DNA of 41,751 bases, from IMG/VR virus record IMGVR_UViG_3300008110_000287, positions 1-41,751 of that record, one strand, 5' to 3'. The first letter of the stretch is position 1; the number at the start of each line of letters is the position of its first letter. The notes beneath the pieces were generated by a model, which saw only the letters and a program-made list of their open reading frames with translations, made no database searches and was not told the origin of the DNA. The position numbers and the translations under genes were made by a program. The stretch is from a virus. Its lineage: Duplodnaviria; Caudoviricetes. Positions 37,722 through 41,751 of the stretch are shown piece by piece.

Positions 37722-38353
37722 TTAGAGAACAATCCAGTCCGAAAGATACAAATCTTTGGTATTCCAATTTGAAAATTCCCCACAAAACCAGTTTAGGGAT
37801 CATTAGAAGAAGAAAATTTAAATCTTTTTCCAACAAACTGTTCCCTACACCAATTTATATCATCACTTAAAACCATAATTTCTAAATCAGAAAAATATTT
37901 AAGTGCTTCTAAATAATAATCAAGTTCCAGTAAAATAAAATTAGGATCAGTTATATAATCTCCCCGTCGAACGTGAAGTGCCACGACTTCTTTTGAAAGA
38001 ATATGTTTGCGATAGTGAGAACAACTATTGAATATTATATCATAAAATCTAAAATCTTTTCTAAGTTCTTCTTCAATATGAGAAAAATACTTTTCAGTTT
38101 GAAAGAATCCGTATAAATCTCCTTCAGAACAAGAAAAAATATTCTCATCAAATTCATATGATGTTTCTTTTATGGTCGGATAAAAAATTTCAGTGCCTTT
38201 CTTTGGAATCTGAAAGCATTTATGAAGTGAAGTATCTAATGGTAGGCAATAATCTGTTGAATTATGTGTCGCAATTCCTTTCAAAGCGGCATATTGGAAC
38301 ATCTGATTTCCAAGTCTTCCAAGTGAGCCAAGATTACTAAATGATATCATCAC
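37722..38353 (-). pseudogene. Alpha-1,2-fucosyltransferase (GT11), broken by an internal deletion
   Basis: GRLGNQMFQYA, GFFQTEKYF, HVRRGDY and SDD are present; the NS(S/T)FSWW segment is missing. Stop at 37793; the tail LNWFCGEF...DLYLSDWIVL lies in another frame (37796-37722). Confidence 0.85.
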
Positions 38354-38999
38354 TTATAAAAATAGTATTAATATCATCTTTATAAATTTCGCTATAATTA
38401 TATTTTTCTATGTGATGCCTGAGATGCTTTACCTTGGTTACAATTTCTAGATTATCTGTGAAGTATGAGTGATTATCAACCAACTCCACAATTAACATCT
38501 TTGGTTTCCATTCATTAAGATTAAAAGAATAAAAGACTTCGTGTTCTTTTCCCTCAACATCAACAACCAACAAATCAAAATTATGAGGTACATTATATCT
38601 TTTTAAGAAAGTATCCATTCTTAATTGGTAGCAAATACTCTCACTATAATCTGGGTAATTAAACTTTGTTATTCCTAACTCGGCGTGTTCCTTATCAAGA
38701 CTAGAAAGAATCCCATTACCATAAATTTTTTGAACTCCTTCTTCTGATCCTATTGAAAGATTCGCAACTATTACATTATTTTTTTTATGCCTATCCAAGC
38801 ACTTGAGATAATTTTCGTGTATTGGTTCAACATAAAATCCTCTCCATCCAGAATCTGCCAAACAAGAGGTGTTTGATACAGATTCCCCATCAAAAGCACC
38901 AATCTCAACGAAAGTTCTATGATTAGAAAATAACCCAAAGTAATTTGTGTATATCTTATCTAAATCTTTTATCTGACAAGTTTCTGATAATTTGTACAT
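38337..38999 (-). CDS. FkbM-family methyltransferase
   Basis: FVEIGAFDG...SNT...GWRGFYVEP...DLLVVDVEGKE. Confidence 0.9.
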   Translation of the reverse strand: MYKLSETCQIKDLDKIYTNYFGLFSNHRTFVEIGAFDGESVSNTSCLADSGWRGFYVEPIHENYLKCLDRHKKNNVIVANLSIGSEEGVQKIYGNGILSSLDKEHAELGITKFNYPDYSESICYQLRMDTFLKRYNVPHNFDLLVVDVEGKEHEVFYSFNLNEWKPKMLIVELVDNHSYFTDNLEIVTKVKHLRHHIEKYNYSEIYKDDINTIFISDDII

Positions 39000-39004
39000 A
39001 ATGA

Positions 39005-39616
39005 TTATTTGATATAAAGTGCATCACCCCAAGGACCATCGTACCACCAAAAAGTTTCTACTCTTCTCATATTATAGTTTGATAGGTAATTATCAATCTC
39101 CTCAATATAAGCATTTCCTTCATAAACCTCATTACGATTAACTTCGCAATATAAGTAATCAATATTTTCTAGTGTTTTTTCTGCTCCTTTAAGAACCTCC
39201 ATTTCGTATCCTTGAACATCCAGATTAATGAAATTATAGTTTTTAAATAAAAAATCATCAAGTCTTTTCATTTCTACTGTCTCTTCACCAGAAAAAACTA
39301 CCTCAGGATGTAAGTCCAAATGAATCTTTGGTTTCAGAACAGAACTACTTTCAAGATTATTACTACTTAAAAACATATTGACATTCTGATTTTTATTTCC
39401 CAGAGCAACGCAATGTCCGATAATATTTGCACTTGAATCAGAGACATTATTCTTTAATACCTCAAAGTTATTTTTTAGGGGTTCAAATAAAGCAATATCA
39501 TCAATTCCAAGATTCACATAATTAGGTACTTCTTCCCCATAATGAGCGCCAATATGAATAACTCCAGATATATTCATATTATATTTTTTAATAAGTCCAC
39601 TAAGTTCTAAAATCAT
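39005..39616 (-). CDS. FkbM-family methyltransferase
   Basis: IHIGAHYGEE, FEP, SSSVLKP, NLDVQGYEMEVLKG, WGDALY. Confidence 0.9.
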   Translation of the reverse strand: MILELSGLIKKYNMNISGVIHIGAHYGEEVPNYVNLGIDDIALFEPLKNNFEVLKNNVSDSSANIIGHCVALGNKNQNVNMFLSSNNLESSSVLKPKIHLDLHPEVVFSGEETVEMKRLDDFLFKNYNFINLDVQGYEMEVLKGAEKTLENIDYLYCEVNRNEVYEGNAYIEEIDNYLSNYNMRRVETFWWYDGPWGDALYIK

Positions 39617-40499
39617 TTAAAAACAAACTCCTCTACAAATTCATAAATGAGAATTGCCTTGATATTTTAACAATATTCCAGTCCTTATCCCAGACAACGA
39701 AACGATGACGATACACACCATCCTTTCTTCCTGCATCACTCTTTGTTAGGTAAGTTTCGTGTGTTAAACAGAACCTGTAGTTATCACCAAGAGGAATAAT
39801 CTGAGAACCACCACGAAGGTCAATTGTTCCCAAATCTATCCAATCTTTTTTTATAACAGTCTCTGTAGTATTAGTTTCAATATCATACTTCACAATCTCG
39901 GTGCCATTCGTCCATTTCACATAGTGATACGGCATATCCAGAATTGGCATCCAGTTCTTGTTACAATACTCTTGGTCTGGTGGGGGAGAAGGAATACGGT
40001 GTTGATTAACCTCTTTAACTCCACTTTCGGCAAATTCAATCTCCGAAAGTTCCATACGACCAGTTCCAATCGTATCTAAATCTCTTCTTACTCCTGTCGT
40101 GTAAAGTTTATCATTCCAACGAACAATACGGCAATCTTCCAGTCCGACAAATTCCCACAGTTCTTTATCAGGAAACTTTGAAGTATCGATGCGATGATAA
40201 GATTTTATAGACATATCATCATTCATCTCGCACATAATATTCCAAGTGCGAAGACGAAGGTCACTCTCTGGATGAATATAAACCAGGGGCCCCCAAGGAT
40301 GCTCAAACTTTCTCTTCTCCGAATGATAAAGAGTATAGTTAATATTTCTAAGATTTACCAGTAATTTATCACCATCAAGGTATATGGATGGGTTTGTAAG
40401 TGCTGGTCCTTTAATTTCGTTTGAAGGTATAATTAAAGGATGAATGCTTCCTTTATTCTGAATTGCAAGTTTTACAAAGTTCAGTTCATCAACTGCCAT
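39613..40499 (-). pseudogene. Beta-propeller glycosidase-like protein, probably truncated by a 3' deletion
   Basis: NPSI, GLEDCR, KNWMP, LRGGS and YRHRF motifs. Stops at 39633; alternative-frame tail EFVEEFVFK-TGA overlaps the next ATG (ATGA). Confidence 0.65.
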
Positions 40500-40536
40500 A
40501 AAACAATTATAACGATTTGAATTATTTATTGGTCCT

Positions 40537-40565
40537 ATTATAATCCTTATTTAAAATAAAATCAA
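40537..40565 (-). promoter_or_regulatory. Sigma70-type promoter of the glycan cluster
   Basis: TTGATT-17 bp-TATAAT; ATAAATA late-type motif also at 40529-40523. Confidence 0.6.
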
Positions 40566-40568
40566 GTT

Positions 40569-41450
40569 TTATACGTTAATAGTGTTTGTGGATGGGAAGA
40601 AACGATTTGGTCCCCATATAATTCTTACTGCACCATTGGCACCATTACCTGCAGTTGCGGTTCCTGATGACCCTCCACCGCCGCCGCCATAAAGTCCTCC
40701 AGCAGCAGTTCCACCAGCACCAAGAGAACCATCACCACCCCCAGAACCACCAGCTCCAGGCAAAGTTGGTGAGGATCCACCATTACCATTTGCTCCTTGA
40801 CCTAATAATTCAACTCCACCACCGCCGCCAGCATTTTGGTTATTCCCTGCGGCACCACCAAATCCACCACCAGCAGCGCCACCAGTACCAGTTCCACCAT
40901 TCTGATTACCACCAACAACCCCAGATCCACCTACGCCACCTGCTCCAGAATAACCACCAGCGCCTGCTCCTGCTCCGGATCCGGCTGTGTCAGCAGGATC
41001 ACCACCAGCACCTCCATTACCACCACCAGTAGAAAGACCCACTATAGATGCATCAAAAGAAAAAGTTCCTCCACTTGCATTTGTAGCACCAGTAGTATTA
41101 GCACTATTTGCACCACCAGTTGCTGTTAATAATACGGTTGCACCTCTGGCAATAGAACTTGTTCCAGCAGATCCAGTTCCAGTACCACCCGCACCACCCG
41201 CACCAACTAATACAGTCAATGTTTCACCAGGAGTTACTGGTAAATTTGAAACCCAAGCAAGTGCTCCTCCACCACCACCACCAGTTTCAACGTTTGCTGC
41301 TCCATTACCACCACCGCCACCACCACCGACACAAACAGCAGAAATGTAAAAAACATCTGCAGGAACAACAAAACTTTGAGATCCTGTTGTTGTAAATAAC
41401 TGCTGAGTTGCTGGTTGTCTCTGGAAATAACCTGATTGAACTATTGTCAT
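40569..41450 (-). CDS. Glycine-rich adhesin-like virion protein
   Basis: SFVVPADV..ISAVCVGGGGGG...VTPGETLTVLVGAGG...GAVRIIWG; many poly-Gly runs; coupled to an upstream fibre gene. Confidence 0.8.
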   Translation of the reverse strand: MTIVQSGYFQRQPATQQLFTTTGSQSFVVPADVFYISAVCVGGGGGGGNGAANVETGGGGGGALAWVSNLPVTPGETLTVLVGAGGAGGTGTGSAGTSSIARGATVLLTATGGANSANTTGATNASGGTFSFDASIVGLSTGGGNGGAGGDPADTAGSGAGAGAGGYSGAGGVGGSGVVGGNQNGGTGTGGAAGGGFGGAAGNNQNAGGGGGVELLGQGANGNGGSSPTLPGAGGSGGGDGSLGAGGTAAGGLYGGGGGGSSGTATAGNGANGAVRIIWGPNRFFPSTNTINV

Positions 41451-41451
41451 A

Positions 41452-41751
41452 TTATGTTAAACCAGCGCCAGAGATTACAAAAGTGGGAGTTGTACCACCG
41501 ACGATACAAAGAATATTACAAATTCCAAATGGACCCAGTGTTCTATTTCCTGTTGCAGTAGTTCCGGCAAAACGAAGAGTTACGTCTGTGTTTTGAGTGA
41601 TTGTTTGATTACTAGCAGAGTCATTAAAAATAGTAACCGTATCACCAGGAGAAAATACACTTACTGGGACATTTACACCACCAGTTGAAATATCAATATG
41701 TTTTCCGGCATCTGATGCAAGTAATGTATAAGTAGCACTTTGAGAATTTTG
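41452..41751 (-). CDS. C-terminal end of a tail fibre protein (5' partial)
   Basis: Open frame QNSQSATYTLLASDAGKHI...GDTVTIFN...GNRTL...FVISGAGLT-TAA. Confidence 0.8.
   Translation of the reverse strand, partial: QNSQSATYTLLASDAGKHIDISTGGVNVPVSVFSPGDTVTIFNDSASNQTITQNTDVTLRFAGTTATGNRTLGPFGICNILCIVGGTTPTFVISGAGLT

Noticed and set aside
8402-39660. Stop-codon recoding as the cause of the broken genes
   Set aside because: The premature stops differ (TGA, TAA, TAG), the continuations are in other frames, and all three stops end normal genes here.
40569-41450. High-GC stretch suggesting foreign DNA
   Set aside because: Explained by Gly/Ala codons; third positions remain A/T-rich.
1-41751. tRNA, rRNA, integrase, intron or intein
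   Set aside because: None recognised by eye; intergenic gaps are short and core genes look normal in length. tRNAscan/Infernal were not run.

Overview
This is a 41.7-kb segment of a lytic T4-like cyanophage (Kyanoviridae-type; a freshwater picocyanobacterial host is inferred). Genes are mostly on the minus strand. From the left: three giant modular fibre/virion genes; the baseplate hub/tail block (gp5, gp27-like, a lysozyme-like+M23 protein, a tape-measure-like gene, gp51, gp26, a tube-initiator, gp4, gp2, gp48, gp53); replication/late-transcription genes (gp32, gp59, gp33, an exonuclease); phoH, thyX, speD and glutaredoxin; a glycan-modification cluster; and a Gly-rich adhesin. The main observations are: (1) a virion beta-helix protein with four nested phycobiliprotein-like repeats, three retaining the KCxRD(L/I)G bilin-attachment-type motif; (2) a canonical -1 frameshift signal (T TTT TTC, 6-nt spacer, 10-bp hairpin) that would fuse gp26 to gp51, like lambda G/GT; (3) an NtcA box and glutamine riboswitch driving a basic peptide and a YRG-motif gene; (4) a LamG domain flanked by near-identical in-frame direct repeats; (5) four apparent internal deletions, three frameshifting, which may be biological or assembly artefacts. 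Family calls come from motif recognition and synteny only; no database searches were run.
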